A stretch of DNA of 64,000 bases, from IMG/VR virus record IMGVR_UViG_3300026521_000636; one strand, written 5' to 3'. Positions 28,317 through 38,488 of this stretch are shown in pieces (positions within the stretch are counted from its first letter, which is position 1; the number at the start of each line of letters is the position of its first letter). The position numbers and the translations under genes are program-made. The DNA comes from an uncultured virus (IMG/VR IMGVR_UViG_3300026521_000636). Lineage: Duplodnaviria > Heunggongvirae > Uroviricota > Caudoviricetes. The notes beneath the pieces are model-generated. The model worked only from the letters and a program-made list of their open reading frames with translations. It did no database searches and had not been told where the DNA came from.

Positions 28317-28820
28317 ATGAAAATAATAGATGAAATAGTTAAAAAACTTAATCCAGGTGGTATTAGTTATTATGCTGATAGGAATAATACTTATGACCAA
28401 AAGACTATTACTGATACAACAGCTGAATTTGATAAATTTATTAAAAATGAAAAAAATTGGGGAGAATTAATTAGTGCTATATATAGTACACACTCTGATT
28501 TTAAATCGGGTAAATATGCTGTAGCACCGTCAAAGCAGAAAGGTGTATTTACTGTGATTAATACAAAAAATCCAAAAGAACCAGCTTTTGATGTTAAAGT
28601 TGAGGTTGTTAAAAATACATTAGTTATTAATAATCTTAAATCCAAATCTAAAGATACAAAAATAGAATTAGGTACTATGGTTGAATCTACTCAACCAACA
28701 ACAACACCTCAAGAATTTGTAGATAATATTATAGAAAATCTTAATAAAAATAAAAATTCTTTTAAATCTCCAAAAGCAGTTGTTGATTATTTAAAAAAAA
28801 TAATTTCAGATTACAAATAA
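28317..28820 (+). CDS. hypothetical protein (late promoter)
   Basis: AGGAG RBS; TATAAATA at 28289. Confidence 0.75.
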   Translation: MKIIDEIVKKLNPGGISYYADRNNTYDQKTITDTTAEFDKFIKNEKNWGELISAIYSTHSDFKSGKYAVAPSKQKGVFTVINTKNPKEPAFDVKVEVVKNTLVINNLKSKSKDTKIELGTMVESTQPTTTPQEFVDNIIENLNKNKNSFKSPKAVVDYLKKIISDYK

Positions 28821-28867
28821 ATTTAAGGTATTTTCTGATATAACTTTAAAAAATAAAGAGAGAAGTA

Positions 28868-29044
28868 ATGTCTAGTAATAATAAAAATAATACAGTAAAT
28901 GAAAAAGAAGTATTAAGACAAAATATTCTAATGGATATTTATCTCTATGAAAAAGAGTTATTAGATAATAATTTAAGAAATGAAGATAAACAATACATTA
29001 AAGAAAAAATTGAAGAAGCTGAAAATCTTTTTAAAAGTATTTAA
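28868..29044 (+). CDS. small hypothetical protein (58 aa, not in ORF track)
   Basis: MSSNNKNN...LFKSI; promoter at 28823-28844. Confidence 0.55.
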   Translation: MSSNNKNNTVNEKEVLRQNILMDIYLYEKELLDNNLRNEDKQYIKEKIEEAENLFKSI

Positions 29045-29523
29045 GATACAAAATATAAAGATGTTAATTCATCAACAGCTATAATTATTGATGTATCAAT
29101 TATATCTGAATCTATTTTTATTCTTATATTTAATTTAACATAATAAAGATTATTATCCCATACTGTCTCACTTTTAGAATAATCCAATTTTAATAAATTA
29201 TTTTGAGAGTGAGAAAAAATATCTAAAATATCAGTTATGAATACCTTAGTTGGATCATCAAACTCAATTCTTTCTTTTAAAAAATATATAAGTTTTTTGT
29301 CGATTAAAAAAGAAATCTTCCCACCAATTAAATTAGAAACTCTAGCATTAATTTGCTTACCATCTTTTAGAATAATTGGTGATAATCTTATCTTACTTAA
29401 TTTAATATCAATATTAACATTTGCTAATTTCCAAGCAGACTGCCTAATAGAAAATATCATATCTCTAATTAAGTCTTTAAATACCTGTGTCTTACAAGGA
29501 GTTTGTAAATCTGCAACTTTCAT
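29041..29523 (-). CDS. hypothetical protein (late promoter)
   Basis: 160 aa; TATAAATA at 29543-29550. Confidence 0.7.
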   Translation of the reverse strand: MKVADLQTPCKTQVFKDLIRDMIFSIRQSAWKLANVNIDIKLSKIRLSPIILKDGKQINARVSNLIGGKISFLIDKKLIYFLKERIEFDDPTKVFITDILDIFSHSQNNLLKLDYSKSETVWDNNLYYVKLNIRIKIDSDIIDTSIIIAVDELTSLYFVS

Positions 29524-29589
29524 ACCTAACTCATTTTATTTTTATTTATATTAAAATTATAGAGTCTTGTTATTAAATATATGAAAGCT

Positions 29590-29873
29590 GAGGGAGGGGG
29601 AGTACACCTTATTAATTATTGTGCCGATAGGCACAAACGCAAGCAATTTTTTAAAAAATTATAATTTTTTTAAAGTTCTTATAAATTTAAAATTATTTTA
29701 TACAAATTGCCCAATTAGTTACTTACGTTTGTACTCTTTTATTTATATAATTTTTTAGACCATTTTAAAACTTTCTGATAAAAATTATAATTTTTTAAAA
29801 AATAAAAAAGCGTAAGTAAAAAGTAGAGGATTATAAGTATTATAACTCTTTGAAACTATTACCCCACCACCTT
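29590..29873 (+). ncRNA. candidate structured non-coding RNA
   Basis: ORF-free; nested inverted repeats, GNRA-capped hairpin, complementary G-rich and C-rich ends. Confidence 0.35.
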
Positions 29874-29901
29874 GCATAATGCATAATAAACTACTGTAAA
29901 T

Positions 29902-30180
29902 TTAAAGGGTTTTATTAGATTCTTGAAGTTTTAAATTTCTTTCTATTTCTAATACAGATGTATGTTCTAATAACATTTGATAAACTTTTGTATAATCTTC
30001 AAGTTCTTTTTTACTATATAAAGTTTTAGAATTTGGAGATGTAACCAATGTTTTTAATGCTTTATAAATTTTTAAGAGAGATTCATTACTCATAACTATG
30101 TTCTCATCAAGAAGCTTTCGTACCTCTATAACTCGACCACTCAAACAATGTGAAATAAATTGTATATCATTTTTATACAT
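29902..30180 (-). CDS. hypothetical protein (late promoter)
   Basis: GAGGG RBS; TATAAATA at 30211-30218. Confidence 0.65.
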   Translation of the reverse strand: MYKNDIQFISHCLSGRVIEVRKLLDENIVMSNESLLKIYKALKTLVTSPNSKTLYSKKELEDYTKVYQMLLEHTSVLEIERNLKLQESNKTL

Positions 30181-30558
30181 TTTAACCCTCTCTTATAATC
30201 ACCATAATAATATTTATAAAGCTAAAATAATTGTTTGGTTTGTAACGTTTGAATCATCTTTTTTAAAATTGGTTGAACTAATTTAAAAACCAGTTTAATT
30301 TTTTCTTTGCATTTTTTATATGGTTATGATTGTGTGTTCACTTTTAAATGTGCTGATGCGTTGACGGCAAAAAATTAGAAAGTATATCTTATGAATTTAG
30401 ATGGATTTAAAAATATTTATCTTTTCAAGTATGTTAGAATTATTTAGAAGAGAGTTACTGAAATATTAAATCAGTTAAAGAAATATAGGAATAGTTAAAG
30501 AAATATAGGAAGGTAGGGTTCTCCCACACTACCTTAAACTCGGCTTAACTTTTCATCC

Positions 30559-30716
30559 AAAAAATAGCCTTTTTCAGGGAAACGGTCGGTCAAAAAACAC
30601 GCTATCCGAAAAAACACACCCCCTAAAAAAACACGCTTTGTTAAAAAACATGACTCTTTTTTTTAACGATCGGTCAAAAAACACGACCGATTTTGAGAAG
30701 GGTTATCAAAAAACAC
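30559..30716. repeat. array of AAAAAACAC motifs at ~17-bp phasing
   Basis: Copies at 30592, 30609, 30626, 30643 (CAT), 30676, 30708; degenerate at 30559. Confidence 0.75.
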
Positions 30717-30727
30717 CCTCTCTTTTT

Positions 30728-30958
30728 TTACCAATATAACTCAGTAACTCTCTTTGCTATTTTGAATTGTTCCTCATATGGTAAGTTTGAAAACTCTGCC
30801 GCCAATTCTTCATCACCACCGTGGATACTAACATAATCTAATGAAGCATCTGCTAACATTTCCGTTGTTAAATTCTCACCATTGATAGCTGCCACCTCTT
30901 CCATATCACATGCAATTGTTTGAATTGTATTTGATAATAAACTTTGGTACTTACTCAT
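30728..30958 (-). CDS. hypothetical early protein
   Basis: GGGAG RBS, TGnTA-type promoter. Confidence 0.75.
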   Translation of the reverse strand: MSKYQSLLSNTIQTIACDMEEVAAINGENLTTEMLADASLDYVSIHGGDEELAAEFSNLPYEEQFKIAKRVTELYW

Positions 30959-31004
30959 TATATCTCCCTTTGATTAATTATAGTATATTATACCATAATT
31001 TTAA

Positions 31005-31583
31005 TTAGTTGTCAAGAGTTTCTAAGTATTTAGACATCTCTTTGAATTTATCTTCATAATCCATATATGTATATTCCACGAATAAAACAATTTCGGCAAA
31101 ACTATCTAAAATTTCTTGTACATCTTTCATATCGAGACCTAAAAGTGCATATGGTGAATGTTTGTGAGCGATAATGTTTCTAAGCTTGTTAAACATTTGT
31201 AATAAATGTTTATCATTATTTGGAATATCTAAGAGATTCAATAATTGAGACATTGTTAAATCTGATCTTTTTACTATTTTGAAATCATTAGCATCACATG
31301 CATATCTCATTAGTAAAATAGTAGTAAGTTTAGTATGAGTATTTAATACTAAATCATTAGCTATTAATATATCATAAGTTGCTTTATCAATTTTTCTAAG
31401 TATTGATTTTGGGGTATTTGGAGTTTGTGGCATCATTATATATTTAAAATTTTTTATTCCAGAACGAACACACGTACTAAAATCTCCTGTAAAAATAGCT
31501 ATATCTAAAGGCATTGATACACTATAAGATTTTATTCTTTCAATTAGTAAAAGTTGTTCCATACTATTCAATCTTTTTAACAT
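31005..31583 (-). CDS. putative HEPN-like protein
   Basis: Helical protein with Rx4H motif RNIIAH near the C-terminus. Confidence 0.45.
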   Translation of the reverse strand: MLKRLNSMEQLLLIERIKSYSVSMPLDIAIFTGDFSTCVRSGIKNFKYIMMPQTPNTPKSILRKIDKATYDILIANDLVLNTHTKLTTILLMRYACDANDFKIVKRSDLTMSQLLNLLDIPNNDKHLLQMFNKLRNIIAHKHSPYALLGLDMKDVQEILDSFAEIVLFVEYTYMDYEDKFKEMSKYLETLDN

Positions 31584-31629
31584 TGTTTACCCCTTTGATT
31601 AATTATACCTATATTATAACATATTATAG

Positions 31630-32394
31630 TTAATATGTCAATAGTTCCGGTTCTCTTTTTGCAATTTTCAATAATACTAATAGTGTATAATAACTATCAT
31701 TACCCCCATTATGTAAATGAATTGGTTTTACCCCTATAATACTCTCTACTAAAGTTTTTAAATTGTGGGTCTTATTTTCTAATAGATATAATGGTGCAAA
31801 TCGTTGAGTATCCAATACTGCTATATTATCAATATCAATATCACAACTGTATAAAAATGGTTTATCATTACCAAAAGCATGTCCTACTAAAAAGTCTGTA
31901 CCTTTGAAAAGTACTCCAACTATTACTTGTATTGCTTCTAATGGTAATATTTGAGATTCTCCATAATCGAAGTGGAATTTATTATCTGGTACAAATCGAC
32001 CATTTTTAAATTGTTTAGTTTCTAATACTATAAAATGATATGCTTGGATTTTTTCATCTTCAAAAATAGTAATACCTACTTCTGTAAGTTGTCTTGTTGT
32101 TTCGTGGAATTCTAAATCCATAGAAAATAATTTTTTACCTTGGATTTTTTCATTTAATTCTGATAACACTTCTGGGGCAGAACTAACTTTTTGTTCCCAT
32201 TTGAGTTGATTTTTGATTCTTCTTTTTAACCGTTTGATAGGTTTATTATATTTTGCAAATTTTCTTAGTAATAATTTATCTTCTGGAGTATAAAGAGTAT
32301 AATCAATAGTATGTAAATATTCGATTTTATTTTGTTCTTCTGGAGTGATATTTGATTGAAGTTCTTCTTCTAAAATTGTTAATTGAGTTTTCAT
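31630..32394 (-). CDS. DEDDh 3'-5' exonuclease
   Basis: DLEFHE, VGHAFGND, LDTQ, HNGGNDS. Confidence 0.85.
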   Translation of the reverse strand: MKTQLTILEEELQSNITPEEQNKIEYLHTIDYTLYTPEDKLLLRKFAKYNKPIKRLKRRIKNQLKWEQKVSSAPEVLSELNEKIQGKKLFSMDLEFHETTRQLTEVGITIFEDEKIQAYHFIVLETKQFKNGRFVPDNKFHFDYGESQILPLEAIQVIVGVLFKGTDFLVGHAFGNDKPFLYSCDIDIDNIAVLDTQRFAPLYLLENKTHNLKTLVESIIGVKPIHLHNGGNDSYYTLLVLLKIAKREPELLTY

Positions 32395-32453
32395 TATATC
32401 CCTTTGATTAATTATAATATATTATACCATAAAAAGGGAAATAATACAAGCTT

Positions 32454-33032
32454 TTATATCCTCTCACAAGGATTTTTAGCTTTTAATTTTGTTAGTTTTT
32501 TATCTACTGTTTTAATGAGTTGTCTAGGATGAATATACCCTTTTGATCTCTCTGCTATAAATGAAGCTCCTTGTAACGAGCTAAGATCTTCTTTTACTTG
32601 TTTAAATGATTTGACAGTATCTCTTACAATAATTGCAAATTCATCGCCACCAATTCTATATACTTGGTCAATAGAGAATTTTTTTCTAAGTTGCTCTGCT
32701 ACTGATATAATTAGATTATCTCCTGCTTCCATACCTTCTATTTTATTAATATTATGAAGGTTATTAATATCAATCAATACAAATGTAAATTGAGCATCTG
32801 TAAATTCATGTTCTTCAAATACTCTATCTAATTTATCATTGAAATCTTGTTTACCCATAAGACCTGTCATTGAATCAAATTTATATTTTTTAACTAATCT
32901 TTCTAGGTATGTAATACGCTCTAAATAAAAACCAATTGCCTCACATGATTGAGGTTGGCCACATGGTGTATCTAAAGAAACTTCTCCATCTTTTGAAGAG
33001 AAAATGATTTTGTCCTTTTTTTGAGTTTTCAT
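32454..33032 (-). CDS. GGDEF-domain protein (putative diguanylate cyclase)
   Basis: DSMTGL, IDINNL..IN...G..AGD, YRIGGDEF. Confidence 0.88.
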   Translation of the reverse strand: MKTQKKDKIIFSSKDGEVSLDTPCGQPQSCEAIGFYLERITYLERLVKKYKFDSMTGLMGKQDFNDKLDRVFEEHEFTDAQFTFVLIDINNLHNINKIEGMEAGDNLIISVAEQLRKKFSIDQVYRIGGDEFAIIVRDTVKSFKQVKEDLSSLQGASFIAERSKGYIHPRQLIKTVDKKLTKLKAKNPCERI

Positions 33033-33189
33033 AAATGTCCTTTTATTTAATGTTACCTATATTATAACATATTTTGCATTAAAAGTCAAGAGTTTTGGGG
33101 TAAATTTTGCAGAAAAAAATGAGAGGGGAAGAACCCTCTCTAATTATGGCGATGGAAGAGATAATCTCTTCACATTTATATTATACAAT

Positions 33190-34104
33190 TTATGCATTTG
33201 TTAAAATGTATTTCGCTGCATCCTTCCACATTGGATTACCACTATATGAAAATGCTACTTTGATAAGTTTTTCAAATGTTCTCATATTGAGTTCTTTTGC
33301 TTCAAATTTATGTTCATCGATAAACTCTAGCACTTCTTCTTTTAGTGATAAATCATAATCCGGCAAAATATGAGTTACAATAGCTTTCATTCTATCGATA
33401 CGATCTTGGATACTCATTGTAACATCAACTGCAAGTGTTCTACCTCTTACAGCTTTATCAATTTTCGGTAAAGAGATATTTGAGATAAAAATCACTTGAC
33501 CTTCAAAATCAAATGAACTTGGTAAACCATCATCAATAAAACCTTTTGATAACCAACTAATAGTTCTCTTTGCATATGAGTCCAGAGCACCTTTTAGAAT
33601 GTTAAGTGATACAGGATCTTTCAATACACTATCACAATCATCAAAGATAACCACTTTATCTTTATTTTCATAAAGAGTTGCATACAATGCTTTTGGTGTT
33701 GCATAACCTTTGATAATAACATAATCAGCATCTTCTTCAAGATTATTTTTATCAAGGATTTCAAGAACGGTATGAGATTTCCCTAAACCACTTTGTCCGC
33801 AGATAAGTAGTGAACTTGTAATGTTTGATAATGTCATATTTACAAATTGATCAAGGAAAGCAAAACGCTCATTAATATCAAATTCTGATTGTGCTTCTGT
33901 AAGTGGTGTAAGTGGTGTTTGAGAATTTGATTGAACTGCTTTATCCAATACAGTAATTGTTCTTGTTTCGATACTAGGTTTACAAATATGTCCACCTAAA
34001 CTAAATGTACCATCTGCTTTGAGTTTACGAGTATGGACTTTTGCTCCTGTGTTTATTGTAAATTGAACTTCGTTTTGTGAATGATCTACATAATTTAATA
34101 CCAT
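33190..34104 (-). CDS. P-loop (AAA-like) ATPase
   Basis: GQSGLGKS, IFDDCD, FISN. Confidence 0.85.
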   Translation of the reverse strand: MVLNYVDHSQNEVQFTINTGAKVHTRKLKADGTFSLGGHICKPSIETRTITVLDKAVQSNSQTPLTPLTEAQSEFDINERFAFLDQFVNMTLSNITSSLLICGQSGLGKSHTVLEILDKNNLEEDADYVIIKGYATPKALYATLYENKDKVVIFDDCDSVLKDPVSLNILKGALDSYAKRTISWLSKGFIDDGLPSSFDFEGQVIFISNISLPKIDKAVRGRTLAVDVTMSIQDRIDRMKAIVTHILPDYDLSLKEEVLEFIDEHKFEAKELNMRTFEKLIKVAFSYSGNPMWKDAAKYILTNA

Positions 34105-34167
34105 TGTTAGTATTCCTTTTCTTTAATTATGCCATATTATAACATAACTTGACTAAAAAGTCAAGTT

Positions 34168-34626
34168 TTACGCTAATTCTTCTTCAAAAAGAAGCTCATA
34201 AATCAATGCGCTAGTAAGAGATTTACCGTTTACAGTAATTCGGATATTAATGTTTTGCACATACAACATAAGTTCGTTTCGTTTCCATGCTGCAATTTCT
34301 TCCTCTGTTGGTTCGCAGTTATCAACATTTACAAATTTATTTGTCCATAAGAATTCATCATCTGCATATGTTCTCAATTCATCTTTTAATGAGTCTAAAT
34401 CAAAATCTACTAACACCTCTTTTTCAAAGTACTCTTCTAGATTTACAAGCAGTTCTTCTCTTAGATTTTCTGGTTCTACATGCCATAACATTTTCTCATT
34501 AGACCAATGATTTACATGATCTAATTCACCTTCCAAATAATCATCTTGAAATACATCTACAAATGAAGAAATCTCTACTGTAAAAGTATCACTCACTAAA
34601 TTTCTAATTTTTTGAATAGTTTCCAT
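34168..34626 (-). CDS. hypothetical acidic protein
   Basis: 152-aa ORF in the early arm. Confidence 0.75.
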   Translation of the reverse strand: METIQKIRNLVSDTFTVEISSFVDVFQDDYLEGELDHVNHWSNEKMLWHVEPENLREELLVNLEEYFEKEVLVDFDLDSLKDELRTYADDEFLWTNKFVNVDNCEPTEEEIAAWKRNELMLYVQNINIRITVNGKSLTSALIYELLFEEELA

Positions 34627-34831
34627 TTTTATTCCCCCACTTTATTTTTTAACTCTTTGATTTTTGGTAAAACTTCTGATATATTTTGAGCTCCAACTTC
34701 CAACATAACCTGCATAATAATATCCGATAATTTAACAGTTGCTTCAGACCATTGATTTTCTAATTTTTTATTTGACATTGTTTACACCTTTTATTTAAAT
34801 TACTATATTATACTATATTTTTAGAAATAAA

Positions 34832-35383
34832 TCAAGCCGTTTCATACTCTTTTTGAGATAAAACCTCTTTACATTTATTACAGCGATAAGTAGCTGTGCC
34901 TCTTAGGATTTTATTATGTCTCACAGTAGATAAGTTATGAGTATCACAAGCACAATAATAAGTATGAGTGTTTTTTCTTTTTGATTCTAAAATTGTACTA
35001 CCAGAAAATAGTGATGTTGAAGCTTTACCACTTATACCAAAATGTGAACAAACCGCCTTAAACTCTTTACCATGTGGCATAACTCTCTTATACCCATTTC
35101 GACCTGTTGGGTATAAGTTTCTAACAACAGCATGGGCAAATTCATGAATCACTACCGCTGTTATATAAGTATCACCAAACTCTAAAAGTAACTCTTTGTT
35201 TAATTCAATGTAATTAATTGTTTCACCGTATGCAGACGATTGATAAAATTGACCTAATGCTCTAACACTTTTTAATGTATAAACCACATCATAATCAAAT
35301 TCTACATCCCATTCTTTTTTAGCATATTTAGCCAATTCATCTAGTTTCTTATCAACTTTTGTAGAGAGAGTTTTGAAATCCAT
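34832..35383 (-). CDS. SprT-like zinc metalloprotease
   Basis: HEFAH, HGKEFK, C-terminal CAC...H...CNKC. Confidence 0.9.
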   Translation of the reverse strand: MDFKTLSTKVDKKLDELAKYAKKEWDVEFDYDVVYTLKSVRALGQFYQSSAYGETINYIELNKELLLEFGDTYITAVVIHEFAHAVVRNLYPTGRNGYKRVMPHGKEFKAVCSHFGISGKASTSLFSGSTILESKRKNTHTYYCACDTHNLSTVRHNKILRGTATYRCNKCKEVLSQKEYETA

Positions 35384-35690
35384 CTTTTACACCTTTTCTT
35401 TAATTATGCCATATTATACCATAAAAATAAAAAAATATCAAATTAAAAACATGATTTCTTTGTCTGTTAGTGGACGTCCTAATTGCTTGATAGTTTGTTC
35501 AATTAATAACTTATGAAATTTTTTATCGATCTCTTCTTTTGTTAATCTTTTATCTTTACAGCTTTTAGACATTTTATTACCTTTATAATTAGATTTAAAG
35601 ATGAGGACTACTATCGATAAACATAAAATCATCTATCCCCCCATGATAAACAAAGTAAGTATTTTAAATCCTCACCTTCAAATCTAATAG

Positions 35691-35948
35691 TTAAACTATT
35701 AGAAATGGTTGTGCATAAGTTCCATTAGAAATTCTTTTATAACTTAGGTCGGTTTCAAAAGCTCTAATTTCATATGTATCATCATCTGTAAGCACCAATC
35801 TTACAGATGATTCCTTACCATAGACTTCCTCAGTTTCTGAATCAACCATACGAATTTTACTATCTATGGTTAATACTCTACCGTTAATATCTTTGATTTT
35901 TAAAGCAATCATTTTAATTATCCTCTTGCTCTTCACCAGTTTCATCAC
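35691..35948 (-). CDS. hypothetical protein
   Basis: ORF in early operon; true start is probably the internal ATG after AGGA. Confidence 0.6.
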   Translation of the reverse strand: MMKLVKSKRIIKMIALKIKDINGRVLTIDSKIRMVDSETEEVYGKESSVRLVLTDDDTYEIRAFETDLSYKRISNGTYAQPFLIV

Positions 35949-36435
35949 TTACAACTACCACACCTTCACCATAAGTACTTTCAACAACCATTTTAATTGG
36001 TGCCATATCAGGCATTACAACTGGATAATCCTTTGGATAGTGTTCAAGTTTAGAGATAAGATCAGCAACTGTAATAACTGATGGGATATGTTCTTGTATA
36101 AATTCTTTTAGCTCTTCTTGAAAATCTTCAAGTACACCTACTTCTCTCAAATCTGTTTCAAGCTGAAAATCATAATCGGTATTATTGATATTAATTTCGC
36201 TCTCAAGCACAGTAACAATCATATCTTGAATAGTACCATAGATTAGTTCTTCTTCACCAACATTAACACTATCGATAAATATTTGGAGTGAATTCATATT
36301 AATAGTAATTCCTTCATCCATTTGATACTCAACCATTGCTTCAAAAGTACAGCCAATTTTATGACCATCTATTACACCTTCGATTTTATCACCTACCATA
36401 ATACCATATGTTTGATACATAACTTCTGCATTCAT
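35914..36435 (-). CDS. hypothetical acidic protein
   Basis: 173-aa ORF with AAGG RBS. Confidence 0.75.
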   Translation of the reverse strand: MNAEVMYQTYGIMVGDKIEGVIDGHKIGCTFEAMVEYQMDEGITINMNSLQIFIDSVNVGEEELIYGTIQDMIVTVLESEININNTDYDFQLETDLREVGVLEDFQEELKEFIQEHIPSVITVADLISKLEHYPKDYPVVMPDMAPIKMVVESTYGEGVVVVSDETGEEQEDN

Positions 36436-36438
36436 TTT

Positions 36439-36642
36439 TTATACCTTTGCTGTTTCTTTTTGAGCTATCTCTTTAATAACTCTTAGATAACCATTTAGAT
36501 TCAATAACATAAGCTCTTTGAGAGTGATTAGTCTCTCTCCTCTATTAAGTATAAGTTCTTCACCTTTTAGGAACTGTTGAGATGGTATTTCTACCAAATC
36601 ATTAGCTTCATTTACTTTAACTAAAATATCTAAATGACTCAT
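36439..36642 (-). CDS. hypothetical protein
   Basis: 67-aa ORF with AAGG RBS. Confidence 0.65.
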   Translation of the reverse strand: MSHLDILVKVNEANDLVEIPSQQFLKGEELILNRGERLITLKELMLLNLNGYLRVIKEIAQKETAKV

Positions 36643-36652
36643 TTTTTATACC

Positions 36653-37081
36653 TTATGCGTGGATGTCTAGTTGTGAAACTGTTTTGTATTCTTCACAACC
36701 GAATTTAGATTCTGCAATTTTTCTTGCTAGTAATGAACTTGTACTAGCTTCTCTTTGGAATGCTTGTAATAAAACATCATTCTCATTTTTTAGTTCTTTA
36801 ATACGCTCTTCTTGCTTTCTGATAGTTTTTAAATGTTTATCATTTGTCTGCTCATAACTAAAAAGAGCATCATCTTGTGCTTTATATTTCATAAGCTTTT
36901 TGATTTCCTCTGATTGCTTTTTAACAACACCCATTAAAAACTCTGATGACTGTTCTTTTAACTCTTTATTTTCAGCTTTTAGTACTGCTACCTCAGCTAA
37001 TAAATCGTTATAATCTCTTTTGATATTTTCCCAATCAGTTTTTGCAATTTTAACATATTTTGAACTAAACATTTTATACAC
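36653..37081 (-). CDS. coiled-coil hypothetical protein
   Basis: Heptad-rich; preceded by an early promoter cassette. Confidence 0.75.
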   Translation of the reverse strand: MYKMFSSKYVKIAKTDWENIKRDYNDLLAEVAVLKAENKELKEQSSEFLMGVVKKQSEEIKKLMKYKAQDDALFSYEQTNDKHLKTIRKQEERIKELKNENDVLLQAFQREASTSSLLARKIAESKFGCEEYKTVSQLDIHA

Positions 37082-37113
37082 CTTTTCTTTAATTATGCCA
37101 TATTATAACATAT

Positions 37114-37416
37114 TTACGATCTTTTGTCAACCATTTTAGGTGTTTTACTTGACGAATTGAAAAAATTTCCTTGAGGTGTTTTTTCATAAAATTTAATATA
37201 TTTGTATCCTTTGCGAGTAATACGATAAACATTATCAACTACTTCCACCAAACCTTTCTCTCTCATAGCTTGATAGGTCATACCTTTTTTCTCAACCGTT
37301 TTAACTTGTTTAGTAGTTATCTCTTCACCGTTATTCAACTTTACTAAACTATCCCAGTAGTAAGTAGTACCACTCTTTGTAATAGGTCTTGTTAGGGAAT
37401 ATCGTTCTTTTCTCAT
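37114..37416 (-). CDS. possible winged-helix protein
   Basis: MREKGLVE....YRITRKG wing pattern. Confidence 0.5.
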   Translation of the reverse strand: MRKERYSLTRPITKSGTTYYWDSLVKLNNGEEITTKQVKTVEKKGMTYQAMREKGLVEVVDNVYRITRKGYKYIKFYEKTPQGNFFNSSSKTPKMVDKRS

Positions 37417-37470
37417 CTTGTATCCTTTTTATTTAAGTTAGATATATTATATCATAATTTAGTTTTTTTA

Positions 37471-37839
37471 TCAAGCATTTTCGAGGTTTTCTAATCGTTC
37501 TTGAAGTTTTTTAATTTCTTTTTGTAACCGTCTAGTTAGTTTTTTAGCAATTTTTTTATACTCTTTTTCCATATGATTTTGAGCTTCTTCTTTACTATAA
37601 AAATATCTATCTTTAACAGATTCATAATCTTTAATAATCTTACCTGTTTCTACATTTTCTAAGAGAACAGCTTTTGCATATCTACCATCGTAAATACCTT
37701 TAAAAATATACTCTGTAACCTTCTTAGTTTTAGACGATTTAACAAAGTCCAATCCCGTATCATCCAACTCAAATTCTGTCGGGTAATAAATATGATCACC
37801 TTCTACTAGATTCTTCTTTAATACGATATTAGATTCCAT
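37471..37839 (-). CDS. hypothetical protein
   Basis: AGGAG RBS. Confidence 0.75.
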   Translation of the reverse strand: MESNIVLKKNLVEGDHIYYPTEFELDDTGLDFVKSSKTKKVTEYIFKGIYDGRYAKAVLLENVETGKIIKDYESVKDRYFYSKEEAQNHMEKEYKKIAKKLTRRLQKEIKKLQERLENLENA

Positions 37840-37848
37840 ATTTTTCTC

Positions 37849-38472
37849 CTAATTAAATTCTTCATATTCTAAAGTTGTTTCTTGATATGGTTCGTCCATA
37901 TCAATAGTTTGATAATTACCTTCTTCTCTAAAAATATCGGGTGAGTGTGTACTAATTACAAATTTTGTTAATGGGCTAAAATTCATTATAATTCTAGGCC
38001 ATTCTCTTGCAATTGCAATATGTAATGATGTTTCTGGTAAATCTAAAAAGTAATAATCTGGTTCTGATAGAACTACCTTATATAGCATTACAAACATTCT
38101 AGTATATCCATTACCAACCATACGTAAAACACTTCTAAGAAGATTACTATCATTCAAAGCATCTTCAACACTACCACCAACCCAACGTTTTAAATCATCT
38201 TGGAAGTCAAGCGAAAAATCAGATAATTGTTTACATACAATTTTCAGTTCTTGGTCTGTTGCATTTTCAATCAATTCTGGTGCTTCGTACAATGCCATAA
38301 GAGCATCATATACAACATATGAATAACCTTTAGATTCACACCAAGCTGCCATTTTCATTATGGTTAATGTTTTACCGGTACCATTATATCCGATCAGATA
38401 TGTTAAATCTTTATTAGTCCAAAGAAGTTTAGACTTAGGTAAATGTGATGGTAAGTTGAATAACACGTTCAT
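37849..38472 (-). CDS. ABC/AAA_21-like ATPase
   Basis: GYNGTGKT, DLPETSLH, STHSP. Confidence 0.75.
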   Translation of the reverse strand: MNVLFNLPSHLPKSKLLWTNKDLTYLIGYNGTGKTLTIMKMAAWCESKGYSYVVYDALMALYEAPELIENATDQELKIVCKQLSDFSLDFQDDLKRWVGGSVEDALNDSNLLRSVLRMVGNGYTRMFVMLYKVVLSEPDYYFLDLPETSLHIAIAREWPRIIMNFSPLTKFVISTHSPDIFREEGNYQTIDMDEPYQETTLEYEEFN

Positions 38473-38488
38473 AATTTTATCCTCTCTA

